64,000 nucleotides of DNA from Marsupella aquatica. Its lineage: Eukaryota > Plantae > Marchantiophyta. The stretch spans positions 6,064,747 through 6,128,746 of the forward strand of contig OZ316892.1 in assembly GCA_973895155.1 (NCBI GenBank), in the 5' to 3' direction. A program made the translations under genes and the position numbers. Under the pieces are notes generated by a model. It was given only the letters and a program-made list of their open reading frames with translations, was not told where the DNA came from and did no database searches. Below, in pieces: positions 26,423 through 38,954 of this stretch. Within the stretch, counting starts at the first letter, position 1, and each line of letters opens with the position of its first letter.

Positions 26423-26766
26423 TGTTAGGATTTACTCTTAGGTCTAGAGTTACGACTGTACCGTAGTTAAGGCTAACCTTAGTCGTTTACTTGGTTAGGT
26501 TAGTCATGTTGTGCACACTCTATAACCAAGCGGTGTTTGCTTGGTGAGTGGGAACTCAGGCTCATTGTTACGGAGCTAGTTGAGAGATAGAGAGAGCTTG
26601 CGCTGTGGATGCTTGGAATGGCGATCGGCCTAGAGTGCAGTAAAGCTCTCGTGTGTTCCCGTGGACGTAGCCTCATATGGAGGTGAACCACGTATCTCTC
26701 TGTGTCGACTCTTGTGCGTTGGATGGTTCATGGGCTTGCCGTTGCGATTGTCATCTATGGTCAACA
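26423..26766 (+). mobile_element. Solo LTR (344 bp), Ty1/copia-type
   Basis: Begins TGTT and ends AACA, with an identical 5-bp TSD ACTAA at 26418-26422 and 26767-26771. Contains a TATA-like ctataa (~26520) and the copia-LTR-like motif cccgtggacgtagcc...ggtgaaccacgta (~26658-26694). No PBS or internal region follows. Confidence 0.9.
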
Positions 26767-28436
26767 ACTAAGTGTAGCAATTAGTCTAAAGAAAGTTTGG
26801 AACTAGTCTATGCTTGGGTTATTTTAGCATTAGTCATGCTTTGCCAACTTTTGTATGTATCTATTCTTGCCTGGCTAATTTTAGCATTAGTCCTTGATTT
26901 GCAAATTTTAGAATGGCTTGATCCAATGCTTCAGACCAAATCAATCTTCTTCTTCTTTTATAAAAAAAAACAGGCTTAAAAGCAAGTAGAGGGAAAAACC
27001 ACTGGAGAGGCCACCTCAATCAGGCCACAGGAGGACCATATAGATCTTAAGCAAGCTAGTAGAGTCATGATGGGCTTAAATCAAATTTATTGGATCCACT
27101 TTGAGAATGAAGACACCTGCTCATGCAGAATGCATGGGTTGTGAGCTAGTTATTATTCATACCATCTTTAACTAACCTGTCCCCCACAATGGCTGAAATT
27201 GCTAACTGCTCCCCCATTCTATTTTAATTACTTCCTGCCCACCCCCCCCCCCCCTTTTTGTATGTTGGGTTTACTTAACTGCAGGAGCTAACCCAACGTC
27301 GGCCCTCATTGGTTGGCTGCCATGTGGCAAGGTGCGATTGAACCAGGCATAGATGGACAATACATAATCAAGCAGAATAAGTGTGTGAAAAACGTGTTAA
27401 AATCTAACTTCTTGTTAGAAAGTCTAGGAATCTAGGCAAATGTTCGTGACTCCATTTTTTACTCCATTTGCCTACAACATTGGTCATAATAGTGACGTAA
27501 TGACAAACAATCCACTTGCTTGGAGTACTACAATAGAACCTGCACCAAAAGCTATATTAAGGACGTACAAATTTTCACTAACTTGCTTTTAGGTATTGAT
27601 AGTCAGCTCAATTAAAACCATAAACTTTGAAGGTGTGGACTTGCCTTTTCATGACCATCCAGACAATCTGGACCACATGCACTTCTAAAAGTGTGGACCA
27701 CACTTTTTGCAAAATTTCTTCCTTGAATGGTTTTTGCAAGATTTTTCCCCTTAATTCTTTTTTTCATCCAAAATATCACATCATATGGAGGTGCGCTGCT
27801 AAAATTAACTTACTAGGAGTGGTTCTCGACTAAAATGGCCCACGCTAAAATTTGGAAACCGCTAGGACTATTAAAATCTAGATTCTATGCAGCCTTTTGG
27901 TGAATCTCTCGCCTGTTGACTCGCTCATGCTTTGTTTTTATAAATCCAGGAAGACAAGACGGTAAGTTGCCAACCTCTTCTCTTCTCTTCTGAAATCTTT
28001 GCTTCTGAAATCTTTGGCAACTCACTGGTGAGAATGATCATGGGAATATCTTGTCTTGTGCCCTGCGTTACAACTGCAAGCTTCTATTATCCACTGGTTA
28101 GACAATGATCGATGTGGAAATCAGAAGCAGGAGTCCAGAAAAAGTGGCAAAGAAATCCGTCCTGAAATCTCGATTGACGCTGGTGGAAGGTTTTGGGATG
28201 GAGCACTACCCCGTTTTCATTGGCCTAGCCTAATTTTTGAGCTCGAATCAAGATCCAAACAGCGGTAAGAGTCGAATGAAAGTGAGAATATCGTTCAATG
28301 CTTGGACAAAGTCTCGATTTTGGCGCCCATGGATTTCTTGAGTGGTTTCTCGATGATAAAGGGAAATAATGATAGCATCGCCAGCCTGGGTATCCGTTTA
28401 ATGTAATGTAATGAACACGACATACGTTCATGTGGC

Positions 28437-28628
28437 AGAATCGTCCTGAGATTTTGCCCGATCAGCCAAAAATTGCAGTGGCTGGCCATGTAATTGCGTG
28501 CAATTTCGTCGAAATTCTCTGCCTATCATGAAAGAATCGTCCTGAGAGATTTTGCCTGATCAGCCAAAACTTGCAGTGGCTGGCCATGTAATTGCGTGCA
28601 ATTTCATTGAAATTCTTTGCCTATCATC
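28437..28628. repeat. 96-bp tandem duplication upstream of the EF-hand gene start (probable 5'-UTR intron)
   Basis: agaatcgtcctgaga...atcagccaaaa.ttgcagtggctggccatgtaattgcgtgcaatttc..gaaattct.tgcctatcat occurs twice. Confidence 0.9.
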
Positions 28629-28895
28629 GCATGGGCCAGTGCTGCAGTGATGGAGATTGGATCGTTGCATTGTATGCAGAGAAGTGAATTTTGAGAAAAT
28701 CAAGGTCCTCTAAAACACTTGCTCACAGTGTCGAGCAACCAACTCCTTGTTGAGGAGATTCCACAACAGCAAAGATGATGAAGAGGAAAGTTACCTGGAT
28801 TTGATCCAATAAAGATCGATAGTGGCTGCCTGAATTGCTACGAGAAAGGGGAGGATCTTAACTACTTTCAACAAGCGACAAATGTGAGCAGCAAG

Positions 28896-31800
28896 ATGAA
28901 GGAGCCGGACCTCACCCTTCGTGGGCGGGCTTCCATGTCCCGATCCCTCTCGCCAGTCTCAAACCGCGATTCCCAACTACTGAGTCCCTCAGCCGCCAAA
29001 GCCCGAGGGATTCGTGAATCTCGCAAATTCTCGTGGGACGGGTATGAAAATGCCATCACCAAAAATGAGGAAGAGTACAAGCCCAGTAGTGTATCCCCAA
29101 CTCCGGACAGCCCAGCTCGAAGACCTTCCCGATTTTCATCCCCATCTCTCTCTCCTATGCACTCTCCATCTCGTGGCCCCTCCCCTGAGAATGGTGCCAA
29201 CCCCAATGCTGTTGCCCCAGCAGGCCAGGAAGCATTCCCAACTCCAACAACCACGAGAAGACCCTCAAAGCGTCAATCTGCTGTCCAGATTGCGACTCCT
29301 GTCGAGATCAACGGAAAGTTCTCTGCCCAACCTGATTTGTACTCATTTCCCCGCTCTAAAAGCCATGCCCGGTTCAGCCGAAGTTTGCCTAAATTGCCTG
29401 ACGAATTCCCCAGCATTCAAAGGTCTGCAAGCCCGGACATTGTTCCAGTGGGCCCAGTTGGGACATCGCCTGTTCCCGGGTTTGGGCATGGTCACGGCCG
29501 CCCCAGCTTTCTGAGCCACCAGCCTGAAAGAGGACGTGATGGAGAGCGACGTTCTTTCTTGGGAGACAACTACGGGTATGGTGATGCTGCTGTTTCTAAA
29601 ATTCAAGAACCTCAGAAACCAATCAAGGTAACCTTTTCATGTGCTTAAGGATGAGTAATGTGAGCGTCTTGGATGCTGTCAGTCATCAGGCCAGACTATG
29701 CAACACAATTTGAAGCTCAAGTTTATACACGAATCAATTGTGTAACAGGATTCCTTGAGAATAATATCGGATGGACACGAGTCTTCTAAAGGCGTTAGTC
29801 TTTTTTGTCCCTCAATTCTCTTTTTGCACGTACCTATCTTAGAGATGATCAGGACGGAAAAATATGTAGATTCCTACCATCAAGGAGTGAATTGGAAAAT
29901 TAGTTGAATGGCCTGTCATGTAGGTTACGCTTACTCCCAGGGTGCCGGGAGATGAGGCCTGGAGGGACGACGATGAAGTCAACCATCCTAAATCCCCCAA
30001 AGAAAGGCTAGATGGAGAGGAGCTGACGTTCAAAATACCAGAATATCTTGCAGAATTGCGAGGCACATCACAGGAAGGGGAGCGTCCGACTTTGGGCCCA
30101 AGGCCTAGCAACATTGCAGGCGTTCCGGTCATGGGCAGCCATAGGCGAAGCACCTTTGTCAGAGCTGTGGAGGCTGTCACAGGCCTTGGAGCTACACTTA
30201 TTGCTCCAAGTACTGAAAAGATGACCAGCAAGTATGTCACAACTGCTGCAAAGAGGAGTAGTACTGTCATTGTGCCTGTCAATGCGAAGCAGTGGCTCTT
30301 GCAAAGCTTGAGGATGAAAGATTGGGAACTGCGAGAACTATTTGATCAGGTTAGTTCCATCATTGCCCAAAAATAATGCTTATTGGCCTTAGGGTACTGT
30401 ACTTCCTAACGTGCAAGGGCTTGCCAAGTTTTTGTCCTGGACATTGGAAAAACACCATGGGCTAGATCGTATTCTTGAGAGCCTAGTGCAGTTCTTTGTC
30501 CCGATCAATCACAATGCAAACCCATCGTGTATGCCTGCCATTGGTCCATACAGATGGAGAGGATACCCCAGCTTGCAGGAGACCATGTGAGGGAAGTGAG
30601 AGCAGAATGGGAATCATTGGAGGCTCGGGCAATGAAAGTTCCACCTGAGGCTGACATGCTCCTTAAGGACCAGCAGCTCTTGGAGAGAACCAGATGCCTT
30701 CTAAGGCGATTTGTTCAAGTGGTTTCTGAAGACACTTCGGAAGATCAACAACAGCAGCAGACTAGGCCACTACAGGAAACACCGGATCTGAGCATGGGAA
30801 CTACTGCTATGTCCGAACACGAGGGGATCAAGATGGACGAGATGCAACCACCACCAAAGCAAGATAGCGAATTATTTTCTCCGTCTCCTCTTGGACAGAG
30901 AAATGGCTCTATTGCTTCTCCCTCTCCTCTTGGTCTGAGGAGTGACTTTCTTCCTGACGCATATTTGCGAAAGCCGACGATTGCAAGGCCCTTTTGCCCT
31001 TCTTGTGGAAGACTGGACACAACAGCTCCGAACACCAGAATCATGGGTGGGATATTGCCTCGCGAGAGCATATACCAAAGCCGAGGGCCATCACCAATCC
31101 CACGAGCTTCTCTTCCATCATTCATTCCATATGAGGACTATGTGGTCAGGCAGTCCATAGTCAAGGTACTCTTTTGTGAAACTTTGGGGACCATATTTCT
31201 AAATTCAAATTGCCATATGAGCTGTTATTTGTAGGCACGGGAGACATACAGTGTGGTTTAGGTGGTTCGATGGTCTTGTAATGATGGGAAACCTCAAGAG
31301 CTTGAGTTACGTAGCTTAAGGAATACCAGTTTGGAAACTAAGGATCTTAGAATGCCGCTTCAAGTTGGTACGAAAGTGGACGGTGGGTTCTGTTTCTCAT
31401 CCTGCTAGGCTGTTTGATGATCTTTCAAACCTTAGGCAAATGGAGCATGAACTAATGCGGTCCACTTACCTAACCTTTACTAACATATTGAAGTGACCAG
31501 CAACATCCTCAGGAAGAGAAGTGTTGCTACTGTGATTCAGAGTTGTAGCCAGTATCCTGTAGACTTTCTTACTTTTGTACGGAACAAAACGTTTCTAAGC
31601 GGGCTTGCCTAATTTGGGGTTGCAGCCATCTGGGAAATCTGACCAATTCAAATCAACCTACAGTCCTTTGGAGAAGCGTTGGTACACAGTTCTTTTCCCT
31701 GCTTTACAGGTGACCTCCGGATTCTTTATGGTAAAGCTTACCCACTTTAATAACCATCACGCAAGGCACTCTGAACGTCTTCACAAAGTAACAATTTGTC

Positions 31801-34800
31801 TCTATCATGTTGCCGACGAAGACTAGAGCCTGAATGAAAAGTCTGGAAACATTCAAGTCCAGTCTTGGCTCAATCTCATCATGAGGTAGGGTGAGGAGTG
31901 CCACATTACACTTCGGTTCCTTTTGCTGTAATGTTTTCGTCATATGCTATTGACTTTAGAGGTGGTGTCCAACTTACTTACCCGAATGGTTGCTAGTTGG
32001 CTGGGGTGCACCCACCTCTTGGTATTTCTTATAGATAGGATGAAGTAATGTGTCTTGCTCAAGATAATGATGAAGATGTTGTGCAGCCAGGAAAAAGAGA
32101 GGACGTCTCTTTGCTCAGTGAGTGGCTTTGCCATGCAACCCAGCGAAATGGTGTGGAGGACCCAGATGGTCATTTTAAGGACGTGGAGACTGCCTTTGTA
32201 CTTCACTCTATCGCTTTCTTGGAGGTCGTGCGGCAGGTATTAAAGATCCCTCTACAACCAATCTCAGATGTAGACAAACAGGTTGAAGATTTGTTTTTCT
32301 CATTCTCCAAAACACCAAATTTTGAGTGGTTATATTTGAAGTGGAGAGCGCTTATAATGACTACCGATACCCATTTTGATACGTAGACGAATAGTTGCAC
32401 AATGTTTAGAACAATAATTTAAAAGATATGATGCGCGTAGGTGAGACGGCTTAGCATTTGTTGACAGTGCTCTTGGCAGTCAATTGAGTCACTACTTAGT
32501 TGGAGGAGGCTGACCTCAATCACTACTTTCCCCCTACCGTCAATGATGTTCAGTGGACCTTTGCCAAGAAATGCTCTCTCCATTTTAGGCATCATGTGTG
32601 TACACTTCAAGAGGTATAACATGTACTGGAAATGTACACACTTCAACATTTCAACATGTACTGGAAATGTTGAAGTGTTCAAGTTTTTATTGAAGTGTAC
32701 ACACAAGAGGCTAATTTATTTTAGTCCCTTTCTTCAATTATGTCCATGGCTGCATCGTTTATTTTGGAATAGTGGTTCCTGATGGTGACTCAAGTTCAAA
32801 TTTACATGGAACAAACGCCCTGCTTATAAACAGCACTCCCTTCCAGAAACCATCCATATATCAATAGAGCAGCACTTGCAATTTTGCTGCCCTACAAAAT
32901 CAGTCCATGTTTTCCCAGACAGTTCAAAAGTTTGAATTAAGAAACCCAGCAAGCAAGAGCTGGAAGTGTCGTGGATACTCATAACTATATCAATCTATTT
33001 ACGAACCTTCAAACCTTAACAAGAAGAAATGCACATCAAAGCGTTTTACTGTCTTGTTGATCTGCACTAAAACTTAAAGTTCAATTATGCTGTAATTTGT
33101 TTGATATGATAAACTCAAGGCTAAAGATATCCAAAAAGTGGTCTGTACTTGCAACATTTCAATCTTTCCATATCCTCTCGACCTAGAGTGCACGAGAGGA
33201 AAACAGTTTACTTAACAATTATCGTCACAAAGAAACATTTCCATTATCCATTTCAAATGAGAGTCCAGAATTTTCAACCAATTTTTGTTCACTTGCGTTG
33301 CTGTCATGTAACGTCCATATTTTCCTGAAACTGTGGTCAGGTGCGCATCCATTGTGAAGAAAGGGGAGACCTGATCCTCTATGTCTGGCGGCAACTGCTC
33401 CGTATATTCAACCAGGTTCATTTTCTTCCGGGTTAGCTACTGCGCTTCCTCAGTGTATCAGTTGAACAAACCAACGTCAAACATTTCCTATTGCCTGTTA
33501 CATAAACTTTCCATCCAGTGCGCTATCACTAGAAGAAACGATATGCTTCTTGGTCATGGTGATAATTGTATTAGACATCTATCATTAGAAAGATTTCTAC
33601 ACCCATCTAGCTGTGACCACAACTTTGCCTCACCTAGTCTTACATCTTAATTCAATTATTGTGGAGTGACAGTTAGGCCATCTAAGTTTTTACCCCAGGA
33701 AATCTCAGTTCAGAGAGCTATCAGCTGAAGAATAGGCAGCAAGTGATACAGATGAGTGGACAAGCAAGCAAGCCAACTATGCGTAACCTTGGAATGATAT
33801 ATTCAAGAAAGCATCTAGATATTGTTTTGCATACTCTCCCAGTGAAACCGTAAAGCACAGATGTATTATGAACCAAAACGTGAAATGTACATCCTGGATG
33901 CAAAACATACGATTTCATTGCCTCTTGAGATTAAGTAGCATGGAGACATCGATCCCACGAAGGACCGCTGTGATAATTAAGTAGAACAATTTTGAACACA
34001 GGTGATGCAAAGAGCAGAGCCCAAACTCACCACTATGGAGGATGAAGTCAAGAAAGTAAAGGAGTTACATGAAAAAGACAAAAGCGAGTATGCACAGAGG
34101 CTTAAGGCTATGGAAGTTCTCAAATTAACCTTGAAGGAAACACAGGATAACCTTCGGAGATTGGAGACTGAAATTGTGAAGTATAAAAGATGTCGACTGT
34201 GTCTTGCTGGGAATATGACTCCGCGTACACGAGAGACTTTTGTCAAGAAGGCAATGCTGAAACGTTTTTCAGGCACTAGTTTTAGTATAGATGGCAGAGA
34301 GAAAACTAGAGCAGAGCTCCTTGACGAGAGTGTTGATGAGATTACAGCCGGAGGAAAGGATGACAAGGAAAGTGATGATCCAGATTCCCAGGAGAAGGGA
34401 ACCCAACCTGTTACTAAGGTAGCCCTGTTGTTACCTGTTGTTGGAGAACAGTCAGGAAAGGAATCGCCTCAAGTACTAGAGAAACCAGATCAGGCTGAAA
34501 ATCCTAAGCCCAGTACAGTTATCACATTTTTGCGGGCGGCACTTTTGAAGAGATCTCAAAGACCAAGCGTAAACGAGGCTGCAACTCTACAGTTACAGAA
34601 CGAATACAATGCATTTCGACAAAAACCTACTTCAAAATCTGGTGTAGACAAAAGTGTCCAGACAGATGAAGTCACTATCAGCGAGACGAGCCAGTATGCA
34701 AACGTTCTCAAACGATCTGCCAGTTGTCCAACCAGACTCTTTTGGACGGAAGTCCATGATCCTGAGAAGTCAGCGAGACATAAACAATGGTTGATAGACA

Positions 34801-37800
34801 ATGGCATGATTGCAGACAAGCAAGCAGTAACTGGCGATGACGATGAGGTCGAGATAGTGGTTGCTAGCAGCTCTGGTGAAGAAGCACCAAGTGAAGCAAC
34901 AGAGCAGGCAGGTGCAACTGGAGATCCAAAGAATACTAACACTAAAATGAAGAGGCATGTAAATAAGCTAGCAAACGAGACAATGGATACCCTTGCACAA
35001 ATGGGCGAAGACCTTGGACTGGAGGGAGAAGCAGGCTCAAAAGTAGCTGCTTTGCTGAAGAAGTGGAAGAAAGTGGCAAGGGCAACTTCGGCATTTGGAA
35101 TGCCTCCAAATCATCAGGATGAGGGAGACGACGATGGGGATGAACCCTTTGACTGGGATGATGGGAATGAGGGAGACGGAGATGATGAGAGTGTAGCTGG
35201 GAGGGGTAGGCGCAGAAGAAAACGCAAAGGCAGTGCTAAGAGAGAAGGAGAAGTAGGTGGAGAACGACAACCAAGCGAATCTCGCAAAAGCTTGTTTGAT
35301 GTTGCTGCAGACGTTCTTAAGCGTTCGAAGAAATCTACTGGAAAGTATACAGTGTAAGAATCTCCCTCTACTTCAAGATTTAGTTAGAAATGTGCAGTGA
35401 TTTATATTTCTGTTGAATGAAGTTTTTTGGATGGCACAAACACGACTGATATGACAGACGACAAAGGTAGACACCATCAGATTGTGATGCATCCATTCGT
35501 TACAAGAAGCAACTAGGTTGTTCAACGAAAAGGTTGAATCCATAAAAGCTGACAAAAATTCAAAACACGGATCGAATCCCAAAGAGATCTAGCAATAAAC
35601 CCTGACTTGCTCCTGCTGGCAGAAAAATCAGAAATAGGAACATCAATTTCCCTGTCAATCCCTTTTTCCAAATGAGCTGGAATAAGGAAATCTGCTGGGA
35701 TGAAGGCTGCATTGAATGAATTACAACTGGAGCTGCCTGCCTTCTGTTATTAAGAAACTCAATCAACTTTGCTGGATCAACTTCCTTGACATGAAATGAG
35801 CAAAATCTGATGGACCACACCTGAATCCCTAAACAATCCTAGCCATTATGCCAACTGCCTTAACAATGAAATTCATACACTCATGGAGATGCATTGAAAG
35901 CCAGCTCACTGATGGAGCAAGTTTCTTGAAACGCTTTTAAAGCAAAGAGCCATTGCAATCCTGTGATATGCAGGGCCCAACCGGTTGAGTTGGGTAAAAC
36001 AGTGCCACTTGGGTTCGCAAAGATGATGGACATCAGCAAGCCACCAAAGGTCATCAAGTTCTTCAATGATCGTCAGGTGCAGTGTGATTTTAGATTTCTA
36101 CCCAGGCTCAGATTCTTAGAAAAAATACAGACAAAAGCGTTTTCAATCCGGCTATGGCTTTGCAAAACTGTCCGAGTTGACACATGCGCGTGCTGCTAAA
36201 TCAACTTGAGATGTTTTTTTGCAGTTGACGAAGTTAATCACAGCCGTATATATGGCCAAAGTTGAAGCGGACGCACTCGATGACGCGGCTGACAGTGACC
36301 GTCAGTCTTCATGCGAATTTGTTTATGACTTCATGTTAAATTTATATGGTTTGAAGCGCCTTGCTGAGTCTGCCGTCTGGGGTCTATTCAAAAAAATTAA
36401 CATGCTGCGATTCAAGAAGGAGATTGACAAGTGTCACAAGGTATGATCTCATTCCTGTTCCTAGACTTTCCCAAACTCGGCTTCAGACATAATATAGCCT
36501 GCAGGCATTGGATCGAAGCCGTCAGTTCTCATGCAGCAGATCTCTGTCTAAGCATAAATGGAGCATTAAATCCAAAGGATGAACGACGTGGATTCAATGG
36601 TCACAAGATGTCAAAAGCAGCATCCACCTAGTGCCATGTCAGAGAGGATTATACAAGACAAACAGCACATTGTAACGGAATTGTAGTATCAACAGAATCC
36701 AAGATAGAGTAGTGTTGTAATCAATGGTTAGAACGCAGATTTGAACATTTACTTTGTGTCCTGCAGGCAAGAATATTCAACCGCTTCTGTGGGATGGATG
36801 AGAACATGTACTACAGTGAGCGGGATCTCTACCTGTACTTGAAACTAATGTCCAAAGGAATCGCTACAAGTGGCCTGTTCTACCCATCTGAACTGGATGA
36901 TGGAATTAGCTATGTCAACTGTGTTTGGGTTGAAGCCTTTGCATCAGAGCCCAATCTCATATCGTACATGGGATCACAAGCAACTGCACTTGACTTCATT
37001 CAGAAATTTGTGGCAACCCACGCGACATACGACAAAGTATCGCTAGAGGTAGGTGTCCGAAATGAAGGTTTCAATCGACAACTCTGATCAGGAAATGTTT
37101 ATAATATAAACATTACAGGCACACTCTGCATTTGGGCAACCCCCGGAACAATATTTAACATATCGAGCAACACAGATATAAACTTTCCTCCACAAGCTTA
37201 CCTACCAGATAATGCACGACTTTCCAATTACTGGCAAGTAACGATGTGCATATACCCTGACAGGTTAAGAAAATCACAAAGTCGGAAAAAGTAAAAAGGA
37301 TTGACTTTGATGAGTTGATGGAGGCAATCTTCGAGAAAGGTGCTGCCGATTCAGTAAGTAGCAATTCTGACATTATATAATTAATAAACTAGGAAACTCT
37401 GCCCATAAAATCTTGTTTCTAAAGTTTACAAAAAACGAGGAATAGAGGTCTTAATCTATCAATATTTGAAAACGCATATAATTGTGTGTTCCAGAATTAT
37501 TTACAGTCTTCACACTTCCGAACTAACAGCCGTGCACCTTTAGGCAATCTACTATACGTCTCGTTATTTGAAAGTAAAACTATCTGGCTGCTTATACCAA
37601 AGGAAGCACATCTCACGAAGACAATCTGACAGTACTCAACTCTAGATTGATGAAATTTATGGTTTTTCAATTCAGATGTTCGCTAACAGCCGCCGGCTTA
37701 AACATTTTACTTACAATAGTGGACTATGTAGGAAATGGAACAAGGTGGTTCTAACGATAATGAAAAAGTGATCTAAGAACAGTTTCTGCATTACAGGGGG

Positions 37801-38954
37801 TGGTATCTATCCCCAAAAAGGCAAAGAAAGGAATTCCAGTCAAGCAGCCGCTTACTGCAGATCAGGTGAGTACCAGTTACTTTCAGGTCGAGAACCCTTT
37901 GCAATCTACAGGAACGTCAAAAACTTCTGATGTGACTCCAATGAACTTCATTGAAAATAAAACATCTCGACTACTGTAGCAAATACTGTTCTAAGTCCGT
38001 AGATAGTGTCCCAATCCAAGTGCTGATTTTATAGATAATGGAAAGTAAAGCCTTTCCATACTAGGGAGTGAAAATGCAATTCACTAGCTAAGACACCGTC
38101 CATTGTTACAGTTGGTACTTGGAAAAAAATCACCAGTGTTTCGTCCATAGTCATGGTGGATATTTGGAAATCTCATAACGCTTCTGTCTGCTTTGTGTGC
38201 TCCTCATTTTATCAGAGACTGGCGTTGGAAAATCTTTTTATTGCTGGGGATGCAAACCAAGATGGTGTCTTAACCTTCCCAGAGTTCCGTGAGATAATTA
38301 AGAGTGCAAATCCAGCTATATCACATCAAAATTGTTTGAGAATATTTCGTGAAACTCTCCTTCTTGAACCTGAGGGAGGAGACAAAATCACTCCGGCAGC
38401 GTTTGCTACAGTGGCTCACAAACACGATATTTCTGCACCACCAACAGTTATATTCGATCTTCTCACAAAAACTTGGCTTCAGGTATGTTTGGAATAGCGC
38501 TCCACCGTCATTAGGCGTTTCTTTAAGAAGACACGGTGCTGTCATGGTCTATCTCCAAGAGGTAGTCACGGCCTCTGTCATATTTCAGAAAATTAAGTCT
38601 TTCTGCACCTATTATTGACTTACACTTTTCTTACAGATCCAATCCGATGTCAATGAGAACAAGATAAAAGATGAGGCAGCAAAGAAAGAGTCAGATGAGC
38701 TGAGGATGAGAGTGGCGACTCTGGTAGATGCTGGGGTTGATACCAACGGGGCAGTACAGGCTTTCAGAGACTATGTTCTCAAATTTTGTGGTGAAGACCA
38801 GGAACAGCAAGAAGACGAAGAGGAAGACGAGCAAGAGCAGGAGCAGGAGCAGGAGGAAGACACGATACCAGAAGGAGACGAAGTAGAAGAAGGAGAAGAA
38901 GGAGAAGAAGAAGAACCACCAGCGGAAGAAGGCACCTCGGAACCGCCTGTTTGA
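28896..38954 (+). CDS. Large (~1580 aa, at least 13 exons) coiled-coil and EF-hand protein with an axonemal dynein light chain (p28/DNALI1)-like segment; putative flagellar protein
   Basis: Phase-compatible exons: 28896-29627, 29924-30349, 30554-31165, 32039-32236, 33341-33415, 34002-35353, 35974-36076, 36225-36440, 36767-37048, 37264-37353, 37797-37865, 38216-38482 and 38637-38954. Features: Ser/Pro-rich N-terminus, PGKREDVSLLSEWL...AFLEVVRQ|VRIHCEERGDLILYVW, a coiled coil, KVEADALDD..RQ..EFVYDFMLNLYGLKRLAE, EF-hand loop DANQDGVLTFPEF and an acidic tail. The gene model is firmer than the functional call. Confidence 0.85.
32595..32705. repeat. Nested inverted repeats (foldback) in an intron
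   Basis: Outer arms tgtgtgtacacttcaa (32595-32610) / ttgaagtgtacacaca (32690-32705). Inner arms acacttcaacatttc (32638-32652) / gaaatgttgaagtgt (32664-32678). Direct repeat aacatgtactggaaatgt at 32618 and 32653. Confidence 0.85.

Noticed and set aside
28868-35270. Long antisense ORFs over the large genes (e.g. 29839-30282, 33977-34366, also 41682-42167)
   Set aside because: They are Ser/Leu-rich shadows of the sense coding frame with no independent motifs.
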